Assembly (NCBI RefSeq): GCF_042660085.1
Contig: NZ_JBHSTI010000022.1
Span: forward strand, 1-15,459
DNA from: Longivirga aurantiaca
GTDB lineage: Bacteria > Actinomycetota > Actinomycetes > S36-B12 > CAIYMF01
DNA length: 15,459 bases
Reading direction: 5' to 3'
Part shown: positions 1 through 7,910 of the stretch, piece after piece
Layout: each line of letters starts with the position of its first letter
Position numbering within the stretch: the stretch's first letter is position 1
The notes under the pieces: model-generated
What the model saw: the letters and a program-made list of their open reading frames with translations, nothing else
The model's database searches: none
Told to the model about the DNA's origin: nothing
Program-made: the position numbers and the translations under genes

Positions 1-1
1 C

Positions 2-307
2 ACCGACCCTCGCTACCGCGAGGTGCTGAGCGGCATCCGTCGCGACCACGTCGCGCGCGTGACCCGCGAGATCGAGAAGCTGCAGGCCACCGGCGTCGCC
101 GCCGACGACGTGAACCCCGCCATCGCCGCGAGCGCCCTCTGCGCGATGGTCGAGGGCTTCGGCCGGCACTGGTACGGACGCGGCGAGCAGGACTCCGCGT
201 CGTACGACGACGCCACCGCCGTCGCCACTCTCAGCACGCTCTGGGCCCGCGGGCTCGGGCTCACCATCGACCGCAGCGCGAGCACCGATGCAGGGGAGCA
301 GTCATGA
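2..307 (+). CDS. TetR/AcrR-family transcriptional regulator, C-terminal fragment (5' end outside window)
   Basis: The frame is open from the window edge (no stop between nt 2 and 23) to TGA 305-307, with high GC3. The helical C-terminal region (..NPAIAASALCAMVEGFGRHWYG..) resembles TetR ligand-binding domains. Its stop overlaps the ATG of the acyl-CoA dehydrogenase (ATGA 304-307). The HTH is not in the window, so the family call is tentative. Confidence 0.5.
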   Translation, partial: TDPRYREVLSGIRRDHVARVTREIEKLQATGVAADDVNPAIAASALCAMVEGFGRHWYGRGEQDSASYDDATAVATLSTLWARGLGLTIDRSASTDAGEQS

Positions 308-1452
308 TCTTCACGCCCGAGCACGAGCAGTTCCGGAAGTCCGTCCGCGACTTCGTCGAGAAGGACCTCAACCCGTACGCCGACGAGTGGGAGGAGGCCG
401 GCATCTGGCCCGGGCACGAGCTGCTCCCCAAGCTCGCGGCGGTCGGCGGCCTCGGCCTCGAGTACGACCCGGAGTACGGCGGTCAGGGCGCCGACCACTC
501 GTTCACCGTCGTCCTCGCCGAGGAGCTCGGCCGCGCCGACTGCGCGGGCGTGCCGATGGGCATCGCGGTGCAGGCGGCGATGGCGACACCGGCGCTCGCG
601 CGTTTCGGCAGCCACGAGCTGAAGAAGCAGTACCTCGTGCCCGCGCTCGCCGGCGAGATGGTGTGCAGCGTCGCGGTGTCCGAGCCCGACGCGGGCAGCG
701 ATGTCGCGGGGATCCGCACCCGCGCGCGCCGTGACGGCGACGACTGGGTCATCGACGGCCGCAAGATGTGGATCACCAACGGAACCCAGGCCGACTGGCT
801 CTGCCTCCTCGCGCGCACCAGCGACGAGGGCGGCTACCAGGGCATGTCGATGATCGTGGTGCCGACCGACGCGCCCGGCTTCAGCGTCGGACGCCGCATC
901 AAGAAGATGGGCAACCACTCCAGCGACACCGGCGAACTCGTCTTCGACAGCGTGCGCGTGCCGGTGTCGAACACGATCGGCGAGATCGGCCGAGGGTTCC
1001 AGATGCAGATGGCGCAGTTCCAGGACGAGCGCCTCATCGGCTCCTACATGGCGTACGCCGGTGCGCGCCGCGCGATCGACCGCACCATCGACTACCTGCG
1101 CGTCCGCCAGGCGTTCGGCAAGCCGCTGCTGGCGAACCAGCACCTGAAGTACCGCCTGGCCGAGCTCATCGCCGAGGTCGACCTGCTCAAGGAGTACTGC
1201 TACGCGGCGGCCGAGCGCGTCGTCGCGGGCGAGGACGCCACGCGCATGGCCACCATCGCCAAGCTCAAGGCCGGCCGTCTGGCGCGCGAGGTGGCGGATG
1301 CTGCGGTGCAGTTCCACGGCGGCATGGGCTACGCGTCGGAGTACTGGGTCGAGCGCTACTACCGCGACGTCCGCCTCATCTCGATCGGCGGCGGCGCCGA
1401 CGAGGTGATGCTCCGCATCATCGCGCTGCTGGAGGGTATGGACCAGCGATGA
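304..1452 (+). CDS. acyl-CoA dehydrogenase
   Basis: 382-aa ORF with near-saturated GC3. ACAD hallmarks appear in the translation: CSVAVSEPDAGSDVAG (signature-1 region), MWITNG, and C-terminal QFHGGMGYASEYWVERYYRDVRLISIGGGADEVM (signature-2 / catalytic-base region). Confidence 0.93.
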   Translation: MIFTPEHEQFRKSVRDFVEKDLNPYADEWEEAGIWPGHELLPKLAAVGGLGLEYDPEYGGQGADHSFTVVLAEELGRADCAGVPMGIAVQAAMATPALARFGSHELKKQYLVPALAGEMVCSVAVSEPDAGSDVAGIRTRARRDGDDWVIDGRKMWITNGTQADWLCLLARTSDEGGYQGMSMIVVPTDAPGFSVGRRIKKMGNHSSDTGELVFDSVRVPVSNTIGEIGRGFQMQMAQFQDERLIGSYMAYAGARRAIDRTIDYLRVRQAFGKPLLANQHLKYRLAELIAEVDLLKEYCYAAAERVVAGEDATRMATIAKLKAGRLAREVADAAVQFHGGMGYASEYWVERYYRDVRLISIGGGADEVMLRIIALLEGMDQR

Positions 1453-2225
1453 CCGTGCGCTACGAGGTCGACGGCGGCGTCGCGACGATCACGCTCGCGA
1501 GCCCCGAGACCAAGAACGTCCTGTCGGCGGCCATGCTCGCGGAGCTGCCGCAGCACTTCGCGGCAGCCGCCGAGGACGACGCCGTGCGCGTGATCGTGCT
1601 GACCGGCGAGGGCAACACGTTCTGCGCGGGTGCCGACCTGTCGGGCGCTTCGACCGCGGACGCCGACAGCTTCGCGGCGTCAGGCCCCGGCGCGCTGGTG
1701 CGCGTGCTCGAGGCGATGCTCGACCACCCGAAGCCGATCGTGGCTCGCGTGCAGGGGCACGTCGCCGGCGGCGGCAACGGCCTGGTGGCGGCGTCCGACC
1801 TGTCGGTGGCTGTGGAGACGGCGAAGTTCGCGTTCAGCGAGGTGCGCGTGGGGGTCGCGCCGGCCGTGATCTCGGTGGTGTGCCTCGCGCGGATGAACCC
1901 CAACGACGCGCGTGAGCTGCTGCTGACCGGTGAGCGCGTGAGCGCCGAGCGGGTGAAGGCTGCCGGGCTCGTGACGGCGGTGGCCGAGGAGCCGTCGTTC
2001 GACGCCGTCGTCCGGGCCTACGTCGACGCGCTGCTGCTCGGCGGCCCGCAGGCGCTAGCGCGGACCAAGGAGCTGCTGCGCCGCGTGCCGGGGATGGACC
2101 GCGATGCGGCGTTCGCTTTCACGGCCCAGCTGTCGGCGTCGCTCTTCTCCAGCGACGAGGCGCGCGAGGGCATGACCGCGTTCCTGCAGCGCCGCCCCGC
2201 ACCCTGGGCCCCGACCACCGACTGA
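1449..2225 (+). CDS. enoyl-CoA hydratase/isomerase (crotonase) family protein
   Basis: ATG 1449 overlaps the ACAD stop (ATGA 1449-1452), giving 258 aa. Crotonase motifs are VIVLTGEGNTFCAGADL, GHVAGGGNGLVAASDLSVA and FSEVRVGVAP. The same-frame codons 768-1448 in the ORF track are an out-of-frame read of the ACAD gene and are excluded. Confidence 0.9.
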   Translation: MTVRYEVDGGVATITLASPETKNVLSAAMLAELPQHFAAAAEDDAVRVIVLTGEGNTFCAGADLSGASTADADSFAASGPGALVRVLEAMLDHPKPIVARVQGHVAGGGNGLVAASDLSVAVETAKFAFSEVRVGVAPAVISVVCLARMNPNDARELLLTGERVSAERVKAAGLVTAVAEEPSFDAVVRAYVDALLLGGPQALARTKELLRRVPGMDRDAAFAFTAQLSASLFSSDEAREGMTAFLQRRPAPWAPTTD

Positions 2226-2529
2226 CACCCGCGCCAGTCCGTCCCGCGCCGGGGGTGATGGGAAGGATCGCCCGGCTCTCGTGGATGAAGTCCCCTACCG
2301 GGCGAGGGCTTCGCCCATGGCCGGCGGGGGCCCAAGCCCTGCTCCAGAACGTCGGGGGCCGATGACGCGCGCGCGGCATGGGGGGTGTAACGCACCGCGC
2401 TGCTTCCAGCGTTGCAGGCCCGGAAGGGCTCGGCGGCCCCGTACGCCGTTGCATCCGGCGCCTGCTGAGGGTGTGCTATCCCAGGCACACGCGGTGAAAG
2501 CGGTGCCGGTCGTGTCACACGATCGTGTC

Positions 2530-2543
2530 CGTAAACGCTTGCA
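2530..2543. promoter_or_regulatory. candidate LacI/GalR-type operator (CGTAAACGCTTGCA)
   Basis: Matches 12 of 14 positions of the generic LacI-family/cre pattern TGWAANCGNTNWCA, with the central CG. It lies 64 nt upstream of the LacI-family start and overlaps the proposed -35. The half-sites are imperfect (GTAAAC/GCAAGC). Confidence 0.3.
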
Positions 2544-2568
2544 CTTGCGTGTCATGGATCCCTACCCT
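2539..2568 (+). promoter_or_regulatory. candidate housekeeping-sigma promoter of the LacI-family gene (-35 TTGCAC, 18-nt spacer, -10 TACCCT)
   Basis: TTGCAC at 2539-2544 and TACCCT (TAnnnT) at 2563-2568, about 39 nt upstream of ATG 2607, with RBS GGGAAGGAGG at 2592-2601. This is a pattern match only. Confidence 0.25.
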
Positions 2569-2606
2569 GAGGCCGCTGCACGGGCCACGACGGGAAGGAG
2601 GCCGAC

Positions 2607-3611
2607 ATGGCGATGACGATCCGCGACATCGCGCGGGAGGCCGGGGTCTCCACCGCGACGGTGTCCCGAGCGCTGCGCGGCCTGCCCAACGTCGACCCGG
2701 TCACCCGCGAGAAGGTGCGCCAGGTCGCCGAGCGCCTCGACTACGTGGTCTCGCCGGCGGCGTCCCGCCTCGCGAGCGGCCGCGCCGGCAGCATCGCCGT
2801 GATCACGCCGTACATCGCGCGCTGGTACTTCGCCCGGGTGCTCTCGGGCATCGAGGGCGTGCTCCAGGCGTCCGACCTCGACCTGCTGCTCTCGAGCATC
2901 GGCGACCCGGGCGAGACCGGGCACGTGCCCCCGCACCGCAAGCTGCGGCGCCGCGTCGACGGCTTCCTCGTCATCTCGCTCCCGACCGAGACCGAGGGCG
3001 TCAGCGAGATCTTCGACCTCGACCAGCCCGTCGTGCTCATCGACACCGACCACGACGGCTGCTCGTCGATCGGCATCGACGACGTCGCCGGCGCGCGGAT
3101 GGCCGTGCAGCACCTCATCAACCTCGGGCACGAGCGCATCGCGCTCATCTCGGGCCGACCGCGCCCGACCCCGTTCCGCCCGGAGGACAACCGCTTCATC
3201 GGCTACCGCGACACCATGGTCGAGGCCGGCCTGCGCATCGATCCCGACCTCGAGGCCTGCGGACATTTCACGATCGAGGGCGGGGAGCGCGCGATGACCT
3301 CGCTGCTCGCACGGGCCAACCCGCCGACCGCCGTCTTCGCGATGTCGGACGAGATGGCGTTCGGTGCGCTGCGCTCGCTGCGGGCGCACGGACTCGAGCC
3401 AGGACGCGACGTCAGCGTGGTGGGCTTCGACGGCCACGAGATGAGCGAGCACCTCGACCTCACCACCGTCGTGCAGCCGGTCGAGGAGATCGGTGCGCGC
3501 GCGGCGCGGCTGCTGCTCGCGCGCCTCGACGACCCGCAGGCTCCGCCCAAGCACGACGTGCTGCCGCTCGACATGGTCGTGCGCGGCTCCACCGCCCTGC
3601 GCCGTCGCTGA
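2607..3611 (+). CDS. LacI family transcriptional regulator
   Basis: 334 aa with a strong RBS 5 nt upstream. The N-terminal HTH MTIRDIAREAGVSTATVSRALRG is typical of LacI/GalR. It is followed by a periplasmic-binding-protein-like effector domain (SIAVITPY, VDGFLVISL, PTAVFAMSDEMAFGALRSL, VSVVGFDG). Confidence 0.93.
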   Translation: MAMTIRDIAREAGVSTATVSRALRGLPNVDPVTREKVRQVAERLDYVVSPAASRLASGRAGSIAVITPYIARWYFARVLSGIEGVLQASDLDLLLSSIGDPGETGHVPPHRKLRRRVDGFLVISLPTETEGVSEIFDLDQPVVLIDTDHDGCSSIGIDDVAGARMAVQHLINLGHERIALISGRPRPTPFRPEDNRFIGYRDTMVEAGLRIDPDLEACGHFTIEGGERAMTSLLARANPPTAVFAMSDEMAFGALRSLRAHGLEPGRDVSVVGFDGHEMSEHLDLTTVVQPVEEIGARAARLLLARLDDPQAPPKHDVLPLDMVVRGSTALRRR

Positions 3612-3693
3612 CCGTCCGACCTCGCAGGCGCTCACCCCCCGAGATCCCCGGAGGGCGCGGCAACCATCCGAGCCGCCCACCGCGTGAGACTGG

Positions 3694-3991
3694 GTGAGGG
3701 CGGCGTACGGCGGCCCACGACGGATCGGGGTCGACGTGCAGGACAGGCCGGACTTCGCGGAGTTCGTCTCCGTGCGGTCGCCCGCGCCGCTGCGGACGGC
3801 GTACCTCCTCACCGGCGACTGGCGGTACGTCGCCTGCTCCGGCACCCGGCTCGTGCGGCCCGAGCGGCGAGCCGATCAGCGGCACCTGGACGGCGTACGA
3901 CGACCGCAGCACCGGCCTGCTCGATTGCGCAGCCCCGGGCACCGCGTCCGCCCTGGCCGCCAAGGCCGCGGAGCTCTGCCCGAAGGGCTAG
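3694..3991 (+). pseudogene. probable relic of an ECF (actinobacterial SigE-family) sigma factor gene, frameshifted/internally deleted
   Basis: Frame-1 translation from GTG 3694 reads ..DRPDFAEFVSVRSPAPLRTAYLLTGDW. This is the pattern at the N-terminus (start of region 2) of SigE-family ECF sigma factors, but the expected following AEDxxQ and regions 2-4 are missing. GC3 is high in frame 1 only to about 3890. It then becomes high in frame 2, which ends at TAG 3989-3991 (..GEPISGTWTAYDDRSTGLLDCAAPGTASALAAKAAELCPKG*). About 100 codons in total is too short for a sigma factor. Confidence 0.3.
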
Positions 3992-4004
3992 CCCCACCGT
4001 CAGG

Positions 4005-4066
4005 CTGACGAACCCGGCGTTTCCGCACCTGGGAAGCGACGGGTTCATCAGTCTCAGCGATGGGGG
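4005..4066 (+). repeat. palindrome-plus-tail repeat, copy A
   Basis: Arms are 4005-4024 and 4032-4051 (17 Watson-Crick + 1 G:T + 2 mismatches of 20), with a 7-nt spacer at 4025-4031. The tail TCTCAGCGATGGGGG is at 4052-4066. It aligns base-for-base with copies B and C. Confidence 0.75.
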
Positions 4067-4110
4067 TGTCCTGAGGTGCGGGGTGCGCCGGGAGCCGCGA
4101 CGATCGCCGG

Positions 4111-5580
4111 GTGAGGATGCTGTTCGCCGACCAGCTCGGCCCGCACTTCACCACCGATCTCGATCCCGACGAGCAGGTGCTGCTCGTCGAATCGCGCCAG
4201 GCCTTCGCCCGGCGCCGCGTCCACCGGCAGAAGGCGCACCTGCTGCTGAGCGCCCTGCGGCACCGTGCCGCTGAGCTGGGTGATCGCGCCGTCCACGTGC
4301 AGGCGTCGTCGTACGGCGAAGCCCTGCGTCAGGCCGGCATCGACCCGCGCACGGTGACCGTGGTCGACCCGACCTCGTACGCCGCCCGCCGCTGGGCTCG
4401 CGACCAGGGCATGACGGTGCTTCCCGCACGCGGATTCACGATGGGGGAGAACGAATTCCAGGCGTGGCTGGGCACCCGCCGACCGGTCCTCGAGGACTTC
4501 TACCGCCACCAGCGCAGGCGCCTCGACCTGCTCGTGCAGCCCGACGGCGAGCCCGAGACCGGGCGCTGGAACTTCGACGCCGACAACCGCCTGCCCCCGC
4601 CGAAGGGGCAGCGCACCCTCGGTCTCCCGCATCCGTGGTCGCCGACGGAGGACGCGATCGACGCCGTCGTGCGCCGCGACCTCGATGCGTGGGACGGCGT
4701 CACGCTCGTCGGCGTCGACGCGCCGCGCACGTTCGCCGCCACGCGCGCCGAGGCCCTTGCCGCCCTCGACGACTTCGTGCAGCACCGCCTCGCGCAGTTC
4801 GGCCCGTACGAGGACGCCGTGCTGCGCGACGACTGGGCGATGGCCCACAGCCTGCTCTCGGTGCCGATGAACCTCGGCCTGCTCGACCCGCTCGAGGTGG
4901 TCGACGCCGCCGTCGCGGCGTACCGCGCAGGCGACGTGCCGCTGCAGAGCGCAGAGGCGGTCGCGCGGCAGGTGGTCGGCTGGCGCGAGTGGGCGTGGCA
5001 GCTCTACTGGGCGCTCGGCGAGGAGTACGCCGACGGCAACGCGCTCGGCGCGAACGCGCCGATCCCGTCGTGGTTCGCCGACCTCGACGCGGACGACGTA
5101 CGGGCTTCGTGCCTGCGGTCGGCGCTGGCCGACGTACGGGACCGCGGCTGGAGCCACCACATCGTGCGGCTCATGGTGCTGGGCAACTGGGCCCTGCAGC
5201 GCGGCTACGACCCGCGCGCGACCGCGGCGTGGTTCCGCGACTCGTTCGTGGACGGCTACGACTGGGTGATGGTGACCAACGTCGTCGGCATGGCCCTCTA
5301 CGCCGACGGCGGCCGCATGGCCACCAAGCCGTACGCCGCTGGCGGCGCCTACCTCAACCGCATGACGGACCACTGCAAGGGCTGCGCCTACTCGCCGTCC
5401 ACGCGCGTCGGCGCGACGGCCTGCCCGTTCACCGCCGGCTACTGGGCGTTCCTCGACCGCAACGCCGATGCGCTGCGCGGCAACCACCGCCTCGCCCAGC
5501 CCTACGCCGGCCTCGCCCGCCTGGCCGACCGCGGCGCCCTGGTCGCCCAGGAGGCCGCCCGCGGCACCGCCGCCCCCTGA
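4111..5580 (+). CDS. cryptochrome/photolyase family protein, Fe-S cluster type (FeS-BCP; PhrB/CryB-like, putative (6-4) photolyase)
   Basis: 489-aa ORF from GTG 4111; ATG 4117 gives MLFADQLGPHF, the usual N-terminus of this family. Family-like blocks are HSLLSVPMNLGLL, WREWAWQLYW, GWSHHIVRLMVLGN and YDWVMVTNVVGM. Four Cys are positioned for a 4Fe-4S cluster (VRASCLRS; DHCKGCAYSP; GATACPF). Confidence 0.88.
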   Translation: MRMLFADQLGPHFTTDLDPDEQVLLVESRQAFARRRVHRQKAHLLLSALRHRAAELGDRAVHVQASSYGEALRQAGIDPRTVTVVDPTSYAARRWARDQGMTVLPARGFTMGENEFQAWLGTRRPVLEDFYRHQRRRLDLLVQPDGEPETGRWNFDADNRLPPPKGQRTLGLPHPWSPTEDAIDAVVRRDLDAWDGVTLVGVDAPRTFAATRAEALAALDDFVQHRLAQFGPYEDAVLRDDWAMAHSLLSVPMNLGLLDPLEVVDAAVAAYRAGDVPLQSAEAVARQVVGWREWAWQLYWALGEEYADGNALGANAPIPSWFADLDADDVRASCLRSALADVRDRGWSHHIVRLMVLGNWALQRGYDPRATAAWFRDSFVDGYDWVMVTNVVGMALYADGGRMATKPYAAGGAYLNRMTDHCKGCAYSPSTRVGATACPFTAGYWAFLDRNADALRGNHRLAQPYAGLARLADRGALVAQEAARGTAAP

Positions 5581-5607
5581 CGGGCGACGAGTCGTCCACG
5601 ATCACGA

Positions 5608-5680
5608 GTACGGGTCAATCAGTGCAGTTCGACTGCCGTGATCGACCCCAGGGGTCGCCCGTGGGCAGGGGTGGGGGCGG
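5608..5680 (+). repeat. degenerate 3'-half copy (D) of the palindrome-plus-tail repeat
   Basis: ACGGGTCAATCAGTGC (5610-5625) is identical at 13 of 16 positions to the 3' arm/tail junction of copy C (ACGGATTGATCAGTGC). A G-rich block GGGGTGGGGGCGG (5668-5680) resembles the tail of copy C (GGTGGGGGTGGGCGG) but is separated by about 40 extra nt. No matching 5' arm is present. Confidence 0.4.
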
Positions 5681-5833
5681 CGCGGGACGTCCGGTGTTCG
5701 GGCTCGGACGGGTAACAGCACGGGCTCGGAGATGCCAGGATGCGCGGTAGAACACGCGCCGGCGCGTGGTCACGGCGGCGATCCCGCACGGGCCAGGCTC
5801 CTGCGCCCGACGGCAACCGCAGGAGGTCCACCC

Positions 5834-6916
5834 ATGACCGCAGACGGAGGCCCCGAGCTCGTCCAGCTCCTCACCCCCGAGGGCGAGCGGGTCCACCATC
5901 CCGACTACGACGTCGATCTGACGCCGGACGAGCTGAGGGCGCTCTACCGCGACCTCGTCCTCGTACGCCGGGTCGATGCCGAGGCCACCGCGCTCCAGCG
6001 CCAGGGCGAGCTCGGCCTCTGGGCCCAGCTGCTCGGCCAGGAGGCCGCGCAGGTCGGATCGGGGCGCGCCCTGCGCACCGACGACTTCGCGTTCCCGACG
6101 TACCGCGAGCACGGCGTCGCGTGGACCCGCGACGTCGACCCCCTGCAGCTGCTCGGGCTCTTCCGCGGCGTCACCAACGGCGGGTGGGACCCGCACGACC
6201 ACAACTTCGCGCTCTACACGATCGTCATCGGCGACCAGTGCCTGCACGCGGTCGGCTACGCGATGGGCATCCAGCGCGACGGCACCGACCGCGCCGTGAT
6301 CACGTACTTCGGCGACGGCGCGACGAGCCAGGGCGACGTCAACGAGTCGTTCGTGTTCGCCAGCGTCTACAACGCGCCGGTCGTGTTCTTCTGCCAGAAC
6401 AACCAGTGGGCGATCTCCGAGCCGCTCGAGCGCCAGACCCGCATCCCCCTCTACAAGCGCGCGGCCGGCTTCGGCTTCCCCGGCGTACGGGTCGACGGAA
6501 ACGACGTCCTCGCGGTGCTCGCGGTCACCCGCGCGGCCCTGCAGAACGCGCGAGAGGGCAACGGCCCCACGCTGATCGAGGCGTTCACCTACCGCATGGG
6601 CGCGCACACCACGTCCGACGACCCGACGCGCTACCGCGTCGCGGCCGACCTCGAGGCCTGGAAGCTCAAGGACCCGATCGAGCGCGTGAAGGTCTACCTC
6701 GCCCGCAACGGCCTCGCTGACCACGGTTTCTTCGACGAGGTCGAGGCCGAGGCCGAGGTGCTCGCCGTCCGGCTGCGCGAGGGCTGCCGCTCGCTGCCCA
6801 ACCCGGCGCCCGAGTCGCTCTTCGACCACGTGTACGCCGAGGCGCACCCGCTGATCGAGAGCGAGCGCGAGGAGTTCGTGCGCTACCACGCGTCGTTCGC
6901 GGGAGGGGAGCACTGA
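5834..6916 (+). CDS. 2-oxoacid dehydrogenase E1 component subunit alpha (TPP-dependent; branched-chain keto acid dehydrogenase-like)
   Basis: RBS AGGAGG at 5821-5826 and ATG 5834, giving 360 aa. TPP-binding motif GDGATSQGDVNESFVFASVYNAPVVFFCQNNQWAIS, plus the FTYRMGAHTTSDDP region. The codons upstream in the track ORF (5732-5833) are non-coding leader. Confidence 0.92.
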   Translation: MTADGGPELVQLLTPEGERVHHPDYDVDLTPDELRALYRDLVLVRRVDAEATALQRQGELGLWAQLLGQEAAQVGSGRALRTDDFAFPTYREHGVAWTRDVDPLQLLGLFRGVTNGGWDPHDHNFALYTIVIGDQCLHAVGYAMGIQRDGTDRAVITYFGDGATSQGDVNESFVFASVYNAPVVFFCQNNQWAISEPLERQTRIPLYKRAAGFGFPGVRVDGNDVLAVLAVTRAALQNAREGNGPTLIEAFTYRMGAHTTSDDPTRYRVAADLEAWKLKDPIERVKVYLARNGLADHGFFDEVEAEAEVLAVRLREGCRSLPNPAPESLFDHVYAEAHPLIESEREEFVRYHASFAGGEH

Positions 6917-7899
6917 TGGCCGTCACGACGATGGCGAAGGCCATCAACGCGGGCCTGCGCAAGGCGCTCGAGAACGACGAGAAGGTCCTGCTCATGGGGG
7001 AGGACATCGGCAAGCTCGGCGGCGTCTTCCGCGTGACCGACGGTCTGCAGAAGGACTTCGGCGAGGCGCGCGTGATCGACTCCCCGCTCGCCGAGAGCGG
7101 CATCATGGGCACCGCGGTCGGCCTCGCGATGGCCGGCTACCGGCCTGTGGTCGAGATCCAGTTCGACGGGTTCGTCTACCCGGCGTTCGACCAGATCGTG
7201 TCGCAGATCGCCAAGCACCGCGCCCGGTCCGCCGGCCGCACTCCGATGCCGATCACGATCCGCCTGCCGTTCGGCGGCGGCATCGGCGCGGTCGAGCACC
7301 ACAGCGAGTCGCCCGAGGCGTACTTCGCGCACACCGCCGGTCTGCGCGTGATCTCGCCGTCCAACCCGGTCGACGCGTTCGTCATGGTGCAGCAGGCGAT
7401 CGCGAGCGACGACCCGGTCGTCTTCCTCGAGCCCAAGCGCCGCTACTGGGACAAGGCCGACGTCGACGACACGGTCGACATCAGCCGCGCGCAGTCGCCG
7501 TTCACCGCGCGCGTCGTGCGGCCGGGCACCACCGCCACGCTCGCCTGCTACGGCCCGATGGTGCGCACCTGCTTGGAGGCCGCGCTCGCCGCCGAGTCCG
7601 ACGGCCTCGACCTCGAGGTGATCGACCTGCGCTCGGTGTCGCCGCTCGACATCCCGACGGTGGCCGCGTCCGTGCGCAAGACCGGGCGGCTCGTCGTCGT
7701 GCACGAGGCGTCGGTCTTCCTCGGCGTCGGCGCTGAGCTCGCGGCACGCGTCACCGAGGAGTGCTTCCACTCGCTCGAGGCTCCCGTGCTGCGAGTGGGC
7801 GGCTACCACACGCCGTATCCGCCGTCCCGGCTCGAGGAGGAGTACCTCCCCGACCTCGACCGCGTGCTCGACGCCGTCGACCGTTCGTTGGCGTACTGA
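6916..7899 (+). CDS. 2-oxoacid dehydrogenase E1 component subunit beta
   Basis: ATG 6916 overlaps the E1alpha TGA by 1 nt, giving 327 aa. It has a typical E1beta N-terminus (INAGLRKALENDEKVLLMGEDIGKLGGVFRVTDGLQKDFGEARVIDSPLAESGI). Confidence 0.93.
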   Translation: MAVTTMAKAINAGLRKALENDEKVLLMGEDIGKLGGVFRVTDGLQKDFGEARVIDSPLAESGIMGTAVGLAMAGYRPVVEIQFDGFVYPAFDQIVSQIAKHRARSAGRTPMPITIRLPFGGGIGAVEHHSESPEAYFAHTAGLRVISPSNPVDAFVMVQQAIASDDPVVFLEPKRRYWDKADVDDTVDISRAQSPFTARVVRPGTTATLACYGPMVRTCLEAALAAESDGLDLEVIDLRSVSPLDIPTVAASVRKTGRLVVVHEASVFLGVGAELAARVTEECFHSLEAPVLRVGGYHTPYPPSRLEEEYLPDLDRVLDAVDRSLAY

Positions 7900-7910
7900 G
7901 GAGGGTGGAC

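Noticed and set aside
2281-2616. The 111-aa + strand ORF and the minus-strand ORFs (2018-2518, 2119-2454, 2295-2555) in the gap upstream of the LacI-family gene
   Set aside because: Third-position GC is only moderate, far below the real genes here. The translations are R/P/G-rich junk, and the + ORF runs into the LacI-family start in another frame.
4005-4066. Reading the repeat as a known riboswitch (for example the guanidine-II mini-ykkC hairpins) or as an ECF promoter (GGAA...GTC)
   Set aside because: The loop sequence is not conserved and lacks ACGR. There is only one hairpin per locus. The GGAA-to-GTC spacing (14 nt) is too short for GGAAC-N16-18-GTT type promoters. I cannot match it to any Rfam motif from memory.
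5643-5768. Perfect palindromes in the dehydrogenase leader: CGACCCC-A-GGGGTCG (5643-5657) and CACGCGCCGGCGCGTG (5753-5768)
   Set aside because: My rough estimate, assuming about 70% GC and hence about 0.3 complementarity per position, is that one to a few 7-8-bp-arm palindromes are expected by chance in 15 kb. They could be operators, but the sequence alone does not make them significant.
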